NCBI GenBank assembly: GCA_023137185.1
Contig: JAGLPS010000002.1
Location: forward strand, 1-45,457
Length of the DNA: 45,457 nt
Direction: 5' to 3'
Origin: Minisyncoccota bacterium
GTDB lineage: Bacteria; Patescibacteriota; Minisyncoccia; Phycocordibacterales; JAGLPS01
The notes below the pieces were generated by a model. It searched no databases. It had not been told where the DNA came from and saw only the letters and a program-made list of their open reading frames with translations. Below, piece after piece: positions 43,823 through 45,457 of this stretch. The translations under genes and the position numbers were made by a program. Numbering within the stretch: the stretch's first letter is position 1; every line of letters begins with the position of its first letter.

Positions 43823-45457
43823 ATGAATAGAGATTATCCTTTAGAGAAAGTAAGAAACTTCGGAATTATCGCGCATATTGATGCTGGAAAAACAACAACA
43901 TCCGAGCGCGTGCTTTTCTATACTGGAATGAGCCACAAAATTGGTGAAGTCCATGAGGGAGATACGATTACCGATTGGATGGAACAGGAACGGGAGCGTG
44001 GAATCACCATTACTGCGGCGACAATCACTTGTTTCTGGAATCCAACATATATGCCGATTGAGGATATCTCTAAGAAATGCCGTTTTAATGTTATTGATAC
44101 CCCCGGGCACATTGACTTTACCGCTGAGGTGAAACGTTCTTTGCGCGTTCTTGATGGAGCCGTCGTTGTTTTTGATGGAGTTGCCGGGGTGGAACCGCAG
44201 TCGGAAACAAACTGGCGCTATGCCGATGAAGGAAATGTCCCGAGAATCTGTTTTATAAACAAAATGGATAGAATGGGAGCCAGTTTTGAAAAATCATACA
44301 AGTCAATTCTTGATCGTCTAAGCAAAAACGCCGTACGACTGCAAATTCCTATTGGCGAAGCGGAAAATCACAAAGGAGTTATAGATTTGCTCAGAATGAA
44401 AGCATACTATTTCGAAGGGAAAATGGGGGAACAGGTAAAAGAAGAGGAAATTCCAGCGGAGCTTCTGGAAGACGCAAAAAAATATCGCGCCGAGCTTATT
44501 GAAAAAATCGCTGGACAGGACGATGAGCTCACACACGCTTTTCTTGAAGGGAAAGATATTTCTCTTGAAGACTTAAAAAGAGTGCTACGAAAGGCTGTTG
44601 TTGGAAATAAAATTTTTCCTGTAATGACTGGTTCCGCGCTTAAAAATAAAGGGGTACAACTTATTCTGAACGCTGTTATCGACTACTTGCCTTCCCCTTT
44701 GGATGTGCCTCCTGTTAAGGGGATTGATCCGAAAACCGGTGAAGAAATTTTACGTCACGCAACTGATGACGAGCCCTTTTCAGCACTTGCGTTTAAGCTT
44801 CAGAGTGATCCGTTTGTCGGGCAACTGACTTTTTTCAGAGTATATTCAGGGTCAATTGACGCGGGAACATATGTGTATAACTCAACAACAGAAAAAAAAG
44901 AAAGACTATCGCGTATTGTGCGTCTTCAGGCAGACAAGCGTGAAGAAGTGCAGCGCGTGTATGCTGGAGAAATTGCTGCGGCTGTCGGTTTGAAAGATAC
45001 CAAAACATCTCACACTCTCTGTGATGAAAATAATTCTATTCTTCTAGAAGAAATTAAATTTGTTGACCCAGTTATCTCTCTTCGTATTGAACCAAAAACA
45101 AAAGCTGACCAGGAAAAAATGGGGCTTGCACTTAAACGACTCTCTGACGAAGACCCAACATTTAAAATTAGTTCTAATTCTGATACTGGAGAAACACTTA
45201 TTTCTGGTATGGGAGAGCTCCATCTTGAAATTATGGTTGACCGTCTCAAGAGGGAATTTACTGTTGAAGCAAATGTTGGCAAACCTCAAGTCGCTTATAG
45301 GGAGACAGTTATGATGGAAGCCGAAGCTGAAAATAAATATATCAAGCAGTCTGGAGGTAAGGGCCAATACGGGCACGTCAAAATTACAATTCGTCCGCTT
45401 GACAAAAATATTGATAAAGAAGCCAAAGTGTCTAAGAATGTTACGCGCGAAGTTGGA
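43823..45457 (+). CDS. fusA: Elongation factor G (3' truncated by window; absent from the ORF track)
   Basis: Hand translation gives [33 protein letters not shown]-type motif, [34 protein letters not shown]. Confidence 0.97.
   Translation, partial: MNRDYPLEKVRNFGIIAHIDAGKTTTSERVLFYTGMSHKIGEVHEGDTITDWMEQERERGITITAATITCFWNPTYMPIEDISKKCRFNVIDTPGHIDFTAEVKRSLRVLDGAVVVFDGVAGVEPQSETNWRYADEGNVPRICFINKMDRMGASFEKSYKSILDRLSKNAVRLQIPIGEAENHKGVIDLLRMKAYYFEGKMGEQVKEEEIPAELLEDAKKYRAELIEKIAGQDDELTHAFLEGKDISLEDLKRVLRKAVVGNKIFPVMTGSALKNKGVQLILNAVIDYLPSPLDVPPVKGIDPKTGEEILRHATDDEPFSALAFKLQSDPFVGQLTFFRVYSGSIDAGTYVYNSTTEKKERLSRIVRLQADKREEVQRVYAGEIAAAVGLKDTKTSHTLCDENNSILLEEIKFVDPVISLRIEPKTKADQEKMGLALKRLSDEDPTFKISSNSDTGETLISGMGELHLEIMVDRLKREFTVEANVGKPQVAYRETVMMEAEAENKYIKQSGGKGQYGHVKITIRPLDKNIDKEAKVSKNVTREVG

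Noticed and set aside
1-45457. CRISPR array or cas genes
   Set aside because: No regularly spaced direct repeats with unique spacers and no Cas-like ORFs; the repeats seen are dispersed palindromes or heptamers.
1-45457. Alternative genetic code (TGA as Gly)
   Set aside because: Conserved genes are full length under code 11 and TGA ends genes such as recJ.

Overview
A core-genome segment of a small-genome bacterium, most consistent with Patescibacteria/CPR (Parcubacteria-like). This rests on mostly SD-less core genes, a split ComEC, a type IV pilus cluster and tRNA genes without encoded CCA; translation uses standard code 11. Housekeeping genes include comM, pnp, rpsO, a Xer-type recombinase, xth, cca, yraN, HU, rny, clpP, tig, ppa, nusA, tpiA, pgk, recJ, rnhA, rpmB and rpsL-rpsG-fusA (fusA partial). 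There is also a pilB-pilC-pilin cluster, four intact tRNAs (Arg-TCG, Gly-TCC, Pro-TGG, Gly-GCC) and several SD-led orphan genes. The most unusual signal is an intact tRNA-Pro(TGG) nested inside a second tRNA-Pro-like shell (12254-12460), held on a 14-bp extension helix within a possible four-way junction. Non-coding DNA is dense with palindromic repeat families. These nest inside each other, trail tRNAs as antisense and direct copies of the tRNA 3' end, bracket the pilus cluster, fill the gap between the two ComEC halves, and have been absorbed in frame into a protease gene and possibly RNase H. All calls are by eye; no database search was run.
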